Shown piece by piece: positions 38,799 to 48,489 of a stretch of DNA of 64,000 bases. Numbering within the stretch: the first letter of the stretch is position 1; each line of letters starts with the position of its first letter. Made by a program: the position numbers and the translations under genes. A model generated the notes under the pieces. That model did not search any database, was not told the DNA's origin, and was given only the letters and a program-made list of their open reading frames with translations. The stretch is from Candidatus Kaiserbacteria bacterium. GTDB taxonomy: Bacteria; Patescibacteriota; Minisyncoccia; Phycocordibacterales; UBA2100. The stretch is from positions 29,287 to 93,286 of the forward strand of contig JACPLD010000004.1 of NCBI GenBank assembly GCA_016186765.1, in the 5' to 3' direction.

Positions 38799-39923
38799 AT
38801 GAGAGATGGGCCCGTACCAATTGCCTATGTGACCTCGGTCCGCCTACCGACCGATCGCGCGCACGGCTATGCGATCATGAAAATGTGCGAGCAATTTGCT
38901 GCGCATGGTGCGCAGGTCGAGCTATACGTCCCTACGCGCCGCCACGGTATAAAAGAAGATCCTTTTATGTACTACGCTATCAAACCGACGTTCAGTATCC
39001 GCAAACTCTGGGCGACGGACCTCCTCGGAAAATTTGAGAATTCGCGCGCCGCTTTCGCGCTCGACCAGCTCACATTCCTCCTCTCGCTCTTGATGCATCG
39101 CTTCGGCAACACGATCGTCTACACGAGAGACTACCAGGTCGCGCTCTTCGCCCGCGCGAGGGAGATCGTGCTTGAAATACATAATATTCCGGAGCGCACT
39201 TTCCTCTTTTTTCGCGCGCTCTCACGCGCCTCAAAGCTCGTCGTCATTAGCAATGGTCTGAAGGATGCGCTTGTGCAAGGCGGCGTGCCTTCCGAGAAAA
39301 TAGTAGTAGCGCCTGATGCGGTGGATCTTGAAGAGTTCGACATCCAACCTTCTCGCGATATATGGCGCAACTATGGCGTTGATCCGAACAAGAAAATAGT
39401 GCTATATACGGGACACTTTTACGGGTGGAAAGGGGGAGAAACACTCGCGAATGCCGCAAAATATCTGCCCGATGGAGTTGAGACGGTGCTTATGGGCGGT
39501 GTTGATCGCGAGCTTGCAGAATTCAAAAAAACATACGCGAGCGATCGTGTGCACGTGATTGGTTACCAGCCGAGAGAAAACATGCCTTCGGTTACTATGA
39601 CGGCGGATGTTCTCGTGCTTCCCAACAGTGCAAAGCCAAAAATCTCTTCTCATTACACGTCTCCATTGAAACTCTTCCAATACATGGCGGCTGGCGTCTC
39701 CATCGTCGCCTCCGACCTCCCGAGCATCCGCGAAATTCTTACTGACGATACCGCGTTTTGGTTTGCGCCGGATGATGAGCGCGCGCTCGCGCGGCAAATC
39801 GAATACGTCCTCTCACACCCCGACGAAGCACGAGAAAAAGCAGAGCGAGCCGCCGACGCAATAAAACAGTACACCTGGACAAATCGAGCTCGCATGACAC
39901 TAAATCACATTCATCAACCATAA
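38799..39923 (+). CDS. Glycosyltransferase family 4
   Basis: EIH, YTGHFYGWKG, TSPLKLFQYMAAG, SDLP. Confidence 0.9.
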   Translation: MRDGPVPIAYVTSVRLPTDRAHGYAIMKMCEQFAAHGAQVELYVPTRRHGIKEDPFMYYAIKPTFSIRKLWATDLLGKFENSRAAFALDQLTFLLSLLMHRFGNTIVYTRDYQVALFARAREIVLEIHNIPERTFLFFRALSRASKLVVISNGLKDALVQGGVPSEKIVVAPDAVDLEEFDIQPSRDIWRNYGVDPNKKIVLYTGHFYGWKGGETLANAAKYLPDGVETVLMGGVDRELAEFKKTYASDRVHVIGYQPRENMPSVTMTADVLVLPNSAKPKISSHYTSPLKLFQYMAAGVSIVASDLPSIREILTDDTAFWFAPDDERALARQIEYVLSHPDEAREKAERAADAIKQYTWTNRARMTLNHIHQP

Positions 39924-39950
39924 AATCATGAACTCTTGTATACTATGGGT

Positions 39951-40373
39951 ATGGCGCGCTTGTCGATAAAAGGCATTCTGCTCGGTGCAGCAGCTTCGTT
40001 TGAAGCCATATACCTGTGGTTTCTGATTATCGCGATATATATTGTTTTGGCAAATTACGGCGAAGCTGTGACGCTGGAAGACCAAGTCGGTACGAAGGCT
40101 TTACTTCTCTCGCTCGCGAACTCGCCTACTTTAACTTTGATTAACTATGCAATCGGCATTTGTGCATTGATGGGTGGCGGATATCTGGCGGCGAGAATCG
40201 TAGAGCATGACAAATTACTAAACGCTACGGTTGCTATCGTTATTGGTTTGGGAATGATACTCGGGACAATCCGCTATGCACCTTTTCTAGGTATTCTTTT
40301 ATCTATCCTTATTATTCCTGTTGGAGGCCTTGTCGTCGGCTATATGTTTCTGTTTCGACGAAATAATAACTAG
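39951..40373 (+). CDS. Hypothetical small membrane protein (about 4 TM), AT-richer than neighbours
   Basis: Hydrophobic segments, GGGYLAAR; TATACT 6 nt before ATG. Confidence 0.65.
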   Translation: MARLSIKGILLGAAASFEAIYLWFLIIAIYIVLANYGEAVTLEDQVGTKALLLSLANSPTLTLINYAIGICALMGGGYLAARIVEHDKLLNATVAIVIGLGMILGTIRYAPFLGILLSILIIPVGGLVVGYMFLFRRNNN

Positions 40374-40417
40374 AGACTATCCCGGAGAGTGGAAGAAATG
40401 TGTGCGCTGATCCGAAC

Positions 40418-41959
40418 TCAATTGAGTTTAAAGACGTGCAGTTTTGTTATCGGCTCTTCGTAGACTAGCTCGAGCTGTGAGAATGGATCGTCGATGCCCA
40501 AAAAGCTCTTGTAGCGATACCGTAGGTATAGGTCGTAGTCAGCAAGGTACTCGATGCCTTCATCCTGCATATATCCCCAAACATCTTTGCGCTGCAGAGC
40601 GGCGAGTGCCTCGTTGTTGACGAGCCCATCAAGATTCACCACACGATGCGTTGAGAAATAGCCTTGGATACCGGAATTGAACGCCCCGAGCAGAGCATCT
40701 GCCGGAAGATTATCGTTCATCCATTGCGTCGTCTCGAGCATCTGCCGCTGCGGCGCCGCGACATCCTGCAAGTTTTTGCTCCAGCCTACATAAAAGAGAA
40801 AGAGCGAGAACAGAATAAGAGGAACCGCAATGAACCGGTGCATGTAGCCTTCCTCCCGCAGCTTCTCCAAAAACCACCCGAGCCATATCGCAATGAGAAG
40901 GTTTATCGCGATGAAGTACCACGGGCGCGCAGTCCAGCGGATCGATGCATTCGCGACAAAATTGAGTACGAAGCCCGAGGCAATAAAAAGTTCCACCGGT
41001 ATCTCACTTGGCAGTCGCGGGAGCATTGCCCTCCCCTTCCCGAAAAGGAACCACGCGATGCAGAGACCGGCGAGTATGAACAAGACAACGGGGATGCCAG
41101 TAAATGGCGCCACGGCGCGCGCTTCCCTATCGGTCATATACACGGCAGCCTTCAAGGTCTGGAGAGAGCTCGGTCCGTGATCCTGCACGATGAGCTCATG
41201 GTTCACCATCGTGCTTGCTAAGGAGGACGACGTCACGACCGTCCCGAAACTCACCGCGTTCCACAAAAGCCACGGCGCAACCACGAGCGTTGCCGCGATG
41301 CCGGAAATAAGCACGGGGCGAAGTGCATTTCGGAAACCGTGCCGATATACAAGATATGCGAGATAGCCGAGAAAATAAAAAACAGTGTCGAGGCGGGAGA
41401 GCATCATGAGACCGCCGACGATCCCCGCTTCGATGAAGCGGCGCGTACTCGGCAGCTCGGCAACCCGAATGGCAGCGAGGAAGAGCAGTGCTATGAAAAA
41501 TACGGAGAGGGGCGTCTCAAGCCCGTTTAGCATCTGATAGAGCAGGAAAGGATTAAAAAACCAGAAACCGAGGACCCCCGCCTTCACCCATGCACTCTTC
41601 GTGTACCGCTTGATGATCGCGAGAAGCACGAAGCCCGTCGCCACATGGAGGAGCGCCGAGAGCGCAAGCACTCCCTGTATCGGCGCGATATCGAAGGTAC
41701 TCCCATTCGAGAACGCATAGAAGAACGGAAGGATGGCGATAAGCCAAAGAGGATGATAGCCGTTCGTCGGGTTCACGCCGTCTGCGCTGGAGCCGAGCCC
41801 CTGCGTGATATTTCGCGCAATGTCGAAGTAGTAAAAAGAGTCATCGGAGAGGAGGTTAGTGAGCGCGAAATCAAACGGCAGGAACGCGAGGGAAAGTGAG
41901 AGAGCGAATCCGAGCGCGAGCACGACGAGCGCAGGCCAGTTGGCTCTAAGGAAGGTCAT
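40418..41959 (-). CDS. Multi-TM GT-C-like glycosyltransferase
   Basis: DDSFYY, TNGYHPLW, GLET, SRLD, NLDGLVN. Confidence 0.7.
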   Translation of the reverse strand: MTFLRANWPALVVLALGFALSLSLAFLPFDFALTNLLSDDSFYYFDIARNITQGLGSSADGVNPTNGYHPLWLIAILPFFYAFSNGSTFDIAPIQGVLALSALLHVATGFVLLAIIKRYTKSAWVKAGVLGFWFFNPFLLYQMLNGLETPLSVFFIALLFLAAIRVAELPSTRRFIEAGIVGGLMMLSRLDTVFYFLGYLAYLVYRHGFRNALRPVLISGIAATLVVAPWLLWNAVSFGTVVTSSSLASTMVNHELIVQDHGPSSLQTLKAAVYMTDREARAVAPFTGIPVVLFILAGLCIAWFLFGKGRAMLPRLPSEIPVELFIASGFVLNFVANASIRWTARPWYFIAINLLIAIWLGWFLEKLREEGYMHRFIAVPLILFSLFLFYVGWSKNLQDVAAPQRQMLETTQWMNDNLPADALLGAFNSGIQGYFSTHRVVNLDGLVNNEALAALQRKDVWGYMQDEGIEYLADYDLYLRYRYKSFLGIDDPFSQLELVYEEPITKLHVFKLN

Positions 41960-41962
41960 ACG

Positions 41963-42982
41963 TTATCTGATAGCCTCGACAAGGCGCCGTCCGAGCGCTT
42001 CAAGACTATGCTCTTTTGAGAGCTCCGCAAGTCTTTTGCGTATTGCCTGTCGTTCGCTCTCCGCAGCGGATAAAAGTGAGCCGATCTTTTCTGCGAGTTC
42101 GGAGGGCTCGCCGGAAAAACCGAATCTCTCCCCCGCAAGCTCTTGGAAATCCCTGCTCGACGCGACCACGAGCGCGCCGCTAGTAGCTGCTTCGAAGATC
42201 GTCTTGTCGTACATGCCGCTTCTACTGCAGTTCACGAAGATCTCGTGAGCACTGTAGAGCTCGGGAGTCTTCGCATTGGGCACGCCCGCATGAAAGCGAA
42301 TATCGAGATGTAGCTCTTTGGTCCGCTTGGCGAGGAGTTTTTTGTATCCAGCATCTTCTAGCAGCGGATCGCCATAAATATCCGCATCAACGCGCACGTC
42401 TTTTTCTTTGAGAATACCGAGTGCCTCGAGGAGAACCTCGACGTGCTTCGAGGGTGCGATGCGCCCGAGGGAGAGGATAGAGCGTGGCTTCCGCAGGACG
42501 GGAAGCGGCTTGAACACGCTTGTGTCAATGCCGACCGGCATCAGCACGGTTTTACGATACTTCGCCGTGTACGAGTACTTCGATGTGCAGAACACCTTGC
42601 GGCACCAGAACGCTGCGATGTCCGTCAATAATCCACCTGCATAGTGATTGCGCCAGAGATAAACGGGTTTGCCCAAGAGCCACCAGAGTTTGCCGCCAAG
42701 GAGCACGTATTCTTGGTTCATGTGCACCAAGACCGCATCGTAGTCGTTGCGCATCGTCCAGATGTAGCCATAAAAGCGTGTGACATATTTCAATCTCGAC
42801 GCACCTGATTCCTTGCCAAGAGAGAACACCTTCACGCTGTGCGGAAGCTCGTGTTTCCCCTCCTTAAGGCAGATAACAGTGATGCGCTCGAAGTACTTCG
42901 AGAATTCACGGAGCCATCCGTGAAAAAAGCCGAGCACCGGATCATTCTTGTCGACCGTCTGCGTCACGATGAGGAGACGCAT
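41963..42982 (-). CDS. Glycosyltransferase family 4
   Basis: DPVLGFF, LGRIAPSK, DKTIFEA. Confidence 0.85.
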   Translation of the reverse strand: MRLLIVTQTVDKNDPVLGFFHGWLREFSKYFERITVICLKEGKHELPHSVKVFSLGKESGASRLKYVTRFYGYIWTMRNDYDAVLVHMNQEYVLLGGKLWWLLGKPVYLWRNHYAGGLLTDIAAFWCRKVFCTSKYSYTAKYRKTVLMPVGIDTSVFKPLPVLRKPRSILSLGRIAPSKHVEVLLEALGILKEKDVRVDADIYGDPLLEDAGYKKLLAKRTKELHLDIRFHAGVPNAKTPELYSAHEIFVNCSRSGMYDKTIFEAATSGALVVASSRDFQELAGERFGFSGEPSELAEKIGSLLSAAESERQAIRKRLAELSKEHSLEALGRRLVEAIR

Positions 42983-42991
42983 GGTGATGCG

Positions 42992-43870
42992 TTATCGGCG
43001 AGCCTTCTTCGCTCGCTGTATCATGTTCGCACCGTAGACACCCTCCAGGAGGTCGAGGTCTTTTCGGGAGGCCGCGAGTAAACTTATATTTTTGAGCTGT
43101 GCCGCCTCGAGAAGCGCAGAGCCAGCTTTTTCACGAACCGTTTCCTCATAATGCCTCGCGAATGCGGCCATGTCTTTGATGAAACAAAAGCCGCCAGCGC
43201 CGCGCCCACCTTTGTGGACAGGATTCGCGTAGCGGTTGCAGATGAGAGGGTCGCTTTCGATAGCCCGCTGTATCGGCCCCCAATCGGCCTTAAAATGTTC
43301 CGCGAGGTCGTACACGAGGTTAAACGTGAGTATCTGCATGTAGCCGCTGATGTTGTGCGCATACTTGATGAGCTCCGCTTCTTCGCTCGTGCACATAATA
43401 TTCTCCGGCGCTTTTTTTAGCATTCCGAGCACAAGCTTCGCTGCCTTTTTGTGCTTCGCGGAGTTTGATGGAATGCCGACCACGTTCAAGAACGGATTTG
43501 CGACATCGTAGGCGGCTGTCGCAACAGAAAGAAATTCCGGACAGAACATGAGCGCGATGCCTGGGTGCTTCTTTTGGAGTTTGCGCGTCATCCCCGGAAC
43601 GATGGTCGATTTAATAACGGCGACCTTCCCTTTTCCGACCAGAGAGAGTGCAGTGTCGACGATGCGCACGTCGAAGCCTTTGGGTGTCGAGGGAGTCGGC
43701 ACCGCAACAAAGACAACATCGCAGTCTTTGATGAGATCTTTGTTGGCAATGTGGGGCTCCTCAAGTGAGTATCGTATGACTGAATATCCCCTATTTTCAA
43801 AGTCATCAGCGTAGTTCTTGCCTACGTACCCTTGGCCGACAAAGCCGATGAGAGGTTCCTTGGCGCCCAT
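42992..43870 (-). CDS. UDP-glucose/GDP-mannose dehydrogenase family, short form lacking the C-terminal domain
   Basis: GQGYVG, VPTP, IKSTIVPG, PEFL, AELIKY..N, GAGGFCFIKD; 292 aa. Confidence 0.85.
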   Translation of the reverse strand: MGAKEPLIGFVGQGYVGKNYADDFENRGYSVIRYSLEEPHIANKDLIKDCDVVFVAVPTPSTPKGFDVRIVDTALSLVGKGKVAVIKSTIVPGMTRKLQKKHPGIALMFCPEFLSVATAAYDVANPFLNVVGIPSNSAKHKKAAKLVLGMLKKAPENIMCTSEEAELIKYAHNISGYMQILTFNLVYDLAEHFKADWGPIQRAIESDPLICNRYANPVHKGGRGAGGFCFIKDMAAFARHYEETVREKAGSALLEAAQLKNISLLAASRKDLDLLEGVYGANMIQRAKKARR

Positions 43871-43894
43871 AGAAGGGCGTCATTATTCACTTTT

Positions 43895-44968
43895 TCAGTG
43901 CTTTACGCAAGCGGCGATGTCATCGCAATACAGCCGGACGTAGTCGTCGAAGCTCTTGTATGGATAGTTCTTGAGCTCTCCCGTTCGCGGACCGCGCTCG
44001 AACCATTCCGCGAGCGCATCGGCAAACTTCTCTTCCGTCGTCACGATCGCGCCCGCTTCGCGTGCAATACCAACATCAGTCGAAAGCACCGGCTTTCCCG
44101 CCGCAAGCGCCTCAACGATGACGAGACCGTATCCCTCGTACTTCGACGGCACAAGAACGAGATCAGCGAGCTTGTAGTACGATGCCACTTCCGCGTCAGC
44201 GTCAAAAAAGACGCGCTCGTCAACATCCAAGCTTTTTGCAAAATGCTGCAATGATTGCCTCTCGCTGCCGGTGCCAATGATAATGAGGCATACATCTGAA
44301 GGTGCTGATTGTGCGAACGCTCGTATCGCGAGGCCAACATTCTTTTCTGGTTCGAGGCGCGAAACGACAAGGAGTTTGGTTTTGTACGCAGCGAACCGCC
44401 CGAGCAGTTTTTCGTCTGGAGAAGCTCTATTTATCCGCTCTACATCGGGAAAAATCGGTAATACGGTGATCGGGGCCCTCAAATGATACTTTTTTTCGAT
44501 GGAGCTTTTGACCCGCTCCGAAACTACACGGATACGGGAAGCTCGACGAAGAACAAATCCCGCAATCCATACACGAATTTGATTCAAGAATGAATGTCGC
44601 GCGTATTGCACCGAAAGAAAATCCGTATGCACTTGAATGTGCAAAGGAACATTCTGCATCCTCGCGATGAGCCATGCGACGAGGCCTGTCTCAAACGGAT
44701 CCTGCGCGGAAACGACATTGGGTTCGGGAAGTCTCCACGCAATACGAAGTGCGTCTAATCCGTATAACAATCTCGATGCCGAATTCGTGGGATACATGCG
44801 CAGCGGACCGTCATCGAATAACTTTGCGTTATCGCTTTTGAGAGAAAACCCAATGACGTCGAGACTTCCAAACTGCTTCGCATATGCCTCCTGCCGTTTG
44901 AATGCATCGGTCCCCGGATGGAGAACTCCCCGCTTTGACCTGTCAACACTGATTGTTAGGACACGCAT
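43895..44968 (-). CDS. Glycosyltransferase family 4
   Basis: QDPFETG, SRLEPEKN, EGYGLVIVEA. Confidence 0.9.
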   Translation of the reverse strand: MRVLTISVDRSKRGVLHPGTDAFKRQEAYAKQFGSLDVIGFSLKSDNAKLFDDGPLRMYPTNSASRLLYGLDALRIAWRLPEPNVVSAQDPFETGLVAWLIARMQNVPLHIQVHTDFLSVQYARHSFLNQIRVWIAGFVLRRASRIRVVSERVKSSIEKKYHLRAPITVLPIFPDVERINRASPDEKLLGRFAAYKTKLLVVSRLEPEKNVGLAIRAFAQSAPSDVCLIIIGTGSERQSLQHFAKSLDVDERVFFDADAEVASYYKLADLVLVPSKYEGYGLVIVEALAAGKPVLSTDVGIAREAGAIVTTEEKFADALAEWFERGPRTGELKNYPYKSFDDYVRLYCDDIAACVKH

Positions 44969-46032
44969 GATTTCAAAAGCGAGGCGGTCGCCTCAACGGT
45001 TTTTTCGATCGAAAAATCCTTCGCTCGTTCGGACGCAGCGGCACCAAGTTGTCTGCGCAGTTCCTGCTCCGACAACGCGCGCGTAAGAGCGCTTTCTAGA
45101 GCCATTTTATCGCCGACCTCGATAAGGATTCCGTTCACGCCATCCTTCACGACTTCCGGATTCCCTCCCGCCTTTGTTGCCACGACAGTAGTGCCGACAG
45201 ACATCGCTTCGACGAGTGTGTGGGAGAGACCTTCGTAGCGCGAATTGAGCGCAAAGACGGCCGCACGCGCGAAAACATCACGAGCCTCCGCGTGAGACAC
45301 GCGTCCGCGAAGCGTTACCCGTTCCTCGCTTCCCGCTTTTTGTATTCGCTCCTTGAGTTCCTGATGCAGAGGGCCGTCTCCGAGAATCTCAAGATTCCAT
45401 TCAGGATGAGCGCTGACGACGTCGATGAGCTCGTCGAACCCTTTCCACGGGACAAGCCGGCCGGAGGAGACGATGAGACTTGCTTGTCTCGCCGTTGGCA
45501 GCGTCTCGGAAAGTTCGATGCCGTTATACACGACATCAATTCTTCTAATGCGCGGCGACCATTGCGAAATTATTCTGGCGAGATAGTGGCTTGGCGCTAT
45601 GACGCGATACGCGCGCGTCACTACGAAGCGCTGGATCGCTCGCAGAGTCCCGACGCGCAATCCGTAGGCACGCTTCTGAAAATCATCGAGTGAGTCTTTA
45701 ACGCCAAATCGCTGCACACCTTGCTCCCACGCGTAATCGCCCGGTACCCGAACAATAAACTTCTTTCTTGCGAGCCCAGATATGACGGCTACAGGAAATC
45801 CCGTTGAGACAGTGTCCTGCACGAGTACGAGATCCGCGCTGTGTATGCGCTGCGCCAAGAGCCACGCGTACGCAACATGTCGGATGATCAGCGGCATATG
45901 CCGCACCATGCTAAATGGAAGCACCGAGACTTCAACGCCATAGCGCGGCAGCCGTTCCTCAAATAATTTCGCATACGTTGCCGGCCCGCCGATTTCTGGA
46001 GGATAAAGACCCGTCGCGATGAGAAGACGCAT
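44956..46032 (-). CDS. Glycosyltransferase family 4
   Basis: YPPEIGGPATY, GRLVPWKG, YEGLSHTLVEA. Confidence 0.9.
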   Translation of the reverse strand: MRLLIATGLYPPEIGGPATYAKLFEERLPRYGVEVSVLPFSMVRHMPLIIRHVAYAWLLAQRIHSADLVLVQDTVSTGFPVAVISGLARKKFIVRVPGDYAWEQGVQRFGVKDSLDDFQKRAYGLRVGTLRAIQRFVVTRAYRVIAPSHYLARIISQWSPRIRRIDVVYNGIELSETLPTARQASLIVSSGRLVPWKGFDELIDVVSAHPEWNLEILGDGPLHQELKERIQKAGSEERVTLRGRVSHAEARDVFARAAVFALNSRYEGLSHTLVEAMSVGTTVVATKAGGNPEVVKDGVNGILIEVGDKMALESALTRALSEQELRRQLGAAASERAKDFSIEKTVEATASLLKSCVS

Positions 46033-46043
46033 GCGAAGCAGTG

Positions 46044-46071
46044 TACAGTGAACAGTTTACAGTGAACAGTT
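46044..46071. repeat. Tandem 14-bp direct repeat (TACAGTGAACAGTT)x2 in a promoter region
   Basis: Exact duplication made of four ACAGT-containing heptamers, just upstream of the GT4 start at 46032. Confidence 0.7.
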
Positions 46072-46114
46072 ATGTATTGAGATGGGGCGCTCCGCGCCCC
46101 ACCTTTTCGATCGC

Positions 46115-46303
46115 CTAGCGCGTACCGAAACGCGCCGTAATGACGTGGCAGCCATCCACATGGGCGTTGTCACGCACCTCAACCTTCTGGATCGCCCGCG
46201 ATGCAGGCGAGGACCAGAACAGAAGAGACGCGTTCCACCACGCCGTCAGGAGGTCCCAATTGGCAGCGTTCAGCCGCCGCGAGGCTTCCAGAAGTTGTTC
46301 CAT
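46115..46303 (-). CDS. Small hypothetical protein (62 aa)
   Basis: SD GAGGAG before ATG; GC hairpin downstream (46082-46103); fills an otherwise empty gap. Confidence 0.45.
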   Translation of the reverse strand: MEQLLEASRRLNAANWDLLTAWWNASLLFWSSPASRAIQKVEVRDNAHVDGCHVITARFGTR

Positions 46304-46372
46304 TGCGCTCTCCTCTTGGTTAGCCGTTGAAACTATGTACACAAGACACCAACTTATCACTTCCGTCAAGCT

Positions 46373-47593
46373 TCACCCTGCTAATAACTTTTCAAATACC
46401 CTATCTCTCATCTCACGTGCGATAAGGTCCCAATCATATTTTTCTTCGGCAAGCATTCGGGCGTTTTTTACGATGCGCGCTGTCAACATGGGATCATCCA
46501 TGTAGCGCTTTATGGCTCTCGCGATAGATTTGGGATCGCGGACATTGCAGAAAAGACCCGTCGGCTCCATGTCGCGATTTCGTTCGGGATCGAAGAGAAA
46601 ATCCGGGATGCCGCCTACGGGTGTCGCGACTACCGGAATGCCTGCTGCGAATGCCTCGACGAACGCACTTCCCATTCCCTCGATGAGCGAGGGACGCACG
46701 AATATGTCGGAGATTTTCAGGTACTTCGGGATCTCAGTGTGCTCAACGTGTCCCACAAAAATGACTCTGCCCATGACACCTGACTTCTTCGCTATCACTT
46801 CCAGTTTTGCGCGATCTTCTCCGTCGCCCGCGATGAGAAATTTCACGTTCTGCGGGAGATGCGGAAGGGCTCGAATAACGTCTTCGACTCCGCGCGATAG
46901 TACGAGACGGGATGCCGTAAAGAGAAACACATCTCCCATCTTTTTCCCGAGTCGTGTTTTTAGCTCTGCGGCTTCATCATCGGGAAGTGGCTCTGAAAAT
47001 TTCGTGACATTCACGGCATTCGGGATTACCTCGATACGCCCGTGAAAGCCGACCTCGCGCGCGAGATCCTTGATGAAATTTGAGATTGCCTTTATCACAT
47101 CCGCTTTCCGATATATCGCCCTATAGAGGGGCCAAAGCAGTAGCGCGATCGGCCGCCTGGTCCTGATGCGCTCAAGCGGCGTTCCATCTTGGAGTTCCAA
47201 GAAATACGGAATACGTGGATGGAGCAGTTTGAAAAAGAGGGCGCCGAATCCTGCCTGATTCGCCATCATCGCCCAGATCATGTCGTACCGATTCTTTCGA
47301 TGCAGTGAGAGCGCTTTGAAAAAAGATGTGAACGGGAAAACCAATTTCGCGAAACGACAAGACAGCGGCAGTGCGCGATCGGAAACTTTGACGTTCGTTG
47401 CCGTGAATCCAATTCGGTGCACCGTAACATTGCCGATGCGCTCCAATGCAGGAAGTTTCTTGTCGAAGCGGAGCGTAATCAAGTCGAAGGTGTATTCGTT
47501 CGGATCCAGCCGATCGGTAATCTCTTGTATCGCCAACTCCGCCCCGCCGACGTACGGTATGTAGGCGAGCGAAAAAATCAAGACTTTTTTCAT
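46373..47593 (-). CDS. Glycosyltransferase family 4
   Basis: GGAELA, SRL, EGMGSAFVEA, TPVGGIPD. Confidence 0.9.
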   Translation of the reverse strand: MKKVLIFSLAYIPYVGGAELAIQEITDRLDPNEYTFDLITLRFDKKLPALERIGNVTVHRIGFTATNVKVSDRALPLSCRFAKLVFPFTSFFKALSLHRKNRYDMIWAMMANQAGFGALFFKLLHPRIPYFLELQDGTPLERIRTRRPIALLLWPLYRAIYRKADVIKAISNFIKDLAREVGFHGRIEVIPNAVNVTKFSEPLPDDEAAELKTRLGKKMGDVFLFTASRLVLSRGVEDVIRALPHLPQNVKFLIAGDGEDRAKLEVIAKKSGVMGRVIFVGHVEHTEIPKYLKISDIFVRPSLIEGMGSAFVEAFAAGIPVVATPVGGIPDFLFDPERNRDMEPTGLFCNVRDPKSIARAIKRYMDDPMLTARIVKNARMLAEEKYDWDLIAREMRDRVFEKLLAG

Positions 47594-48474
47594 TTCTTTT
47601 GTGCTTTCAGTGATTCGATATATTCACGCACCGCGTGCTGCGGTTTCCAGCCAAACTCATTTTCAATCCGCGACGTGTCGACGATCGACTCCATACGGTT
47701 TCCCTTCCGCTCGGGAAGCATCACGATGTTGTCGCTGAACATCTTAGCGATCTCAAGCATGGAATACGACTCCGGCGAGCCAATACCGTACTCTGCACCT
47801 TCTCCTTTCTCGCCGACGAGAAGGAGCGCGCGCGCTGTGTCTTCCACATGCGTAAAATTGCGTTTCTGTGTACCGGGCGCGACGACAGTGATAGGCTCAC
47901 CGGCCCAGTACTGTTTCTTGAACTTTCCCAAGACAGAGGCGTATGGCCCTTCGGAGAGTTCGCGCGGGCCATAGTTGTTGTAGAAATACGTAACCGCGTA
48001 GGGGAGATGGAACCAATGTCCGTAGTTGCGCACAAGTTCGGTGTTTGAGGCTTTCATCCATGCGTAGGGAGATTGATCGCGACCCAAACCGCCGTCGGCA
48101 AATTTCGTCGAGGAGCCAGCATACACGAGTTTGCAGCCCCCACCGGTCGAGCCACGCTTCCGCCAGTACTCGAGAACGCGAAACGTCCCTTCGACGTTCA
48201 GCTCCCACACGAGGGCGACATCCTCGAAGCTCTGCTCGACACGCGAGTACTCGGCGAGGTGAAAAATGATGACTGGGTTTTCTTTCCCGAGAAGCGACTC
48301 AATGTCTTTCGTGTGCCCCTTTACGTATTCGGCTCCCTTGATGTGGTTCTGCTCGCTTCCGATGAAGTAATTATCGAGCGAGATAACGCGATACTTCGGC
48401 AGCAAAAGTTCAATGAGCGATGGCCCGATAAGCCCCGCTCCCCCTGTCACCAAAACCGTCTGTTTCCCCGCCAT
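47590..48474 (-). CDS. NAD-dependent epimerase/dehydratase
   Basis: TGGAGLIG, AGSST, PYAWMK, FYNNYG, RNFTHVED. Confidence 0.88.
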   Translation of the reverse strand: MAGKQTVLVTGGAGLIGPSLIELLLPKYRVISLDNYFIGSEQNHIKGAEYVKGHTKDIESLLGKENPVIIFHLAEYSRVEQSFEDVALVWELNVEGTFRVLEYWRKRGSTGGGCKLVYAGSSTKFADGGLGRDQSPYAWMKASNTELVRNYGHWFHLPYAVTYFYNNYGPRELSEGPYASVLGKFKKQYWAGEPITVVAPGTQKRNFTHVEDTARALLLVGEKGEGAEYGIGSPESYSMLEIAKMFSDNIVMLPERKGNRMESIVDTSRIENEFGWKPQHAVREYIESLKAQKK

Positions 48475-48489
48475 CGAACAAACACTACA

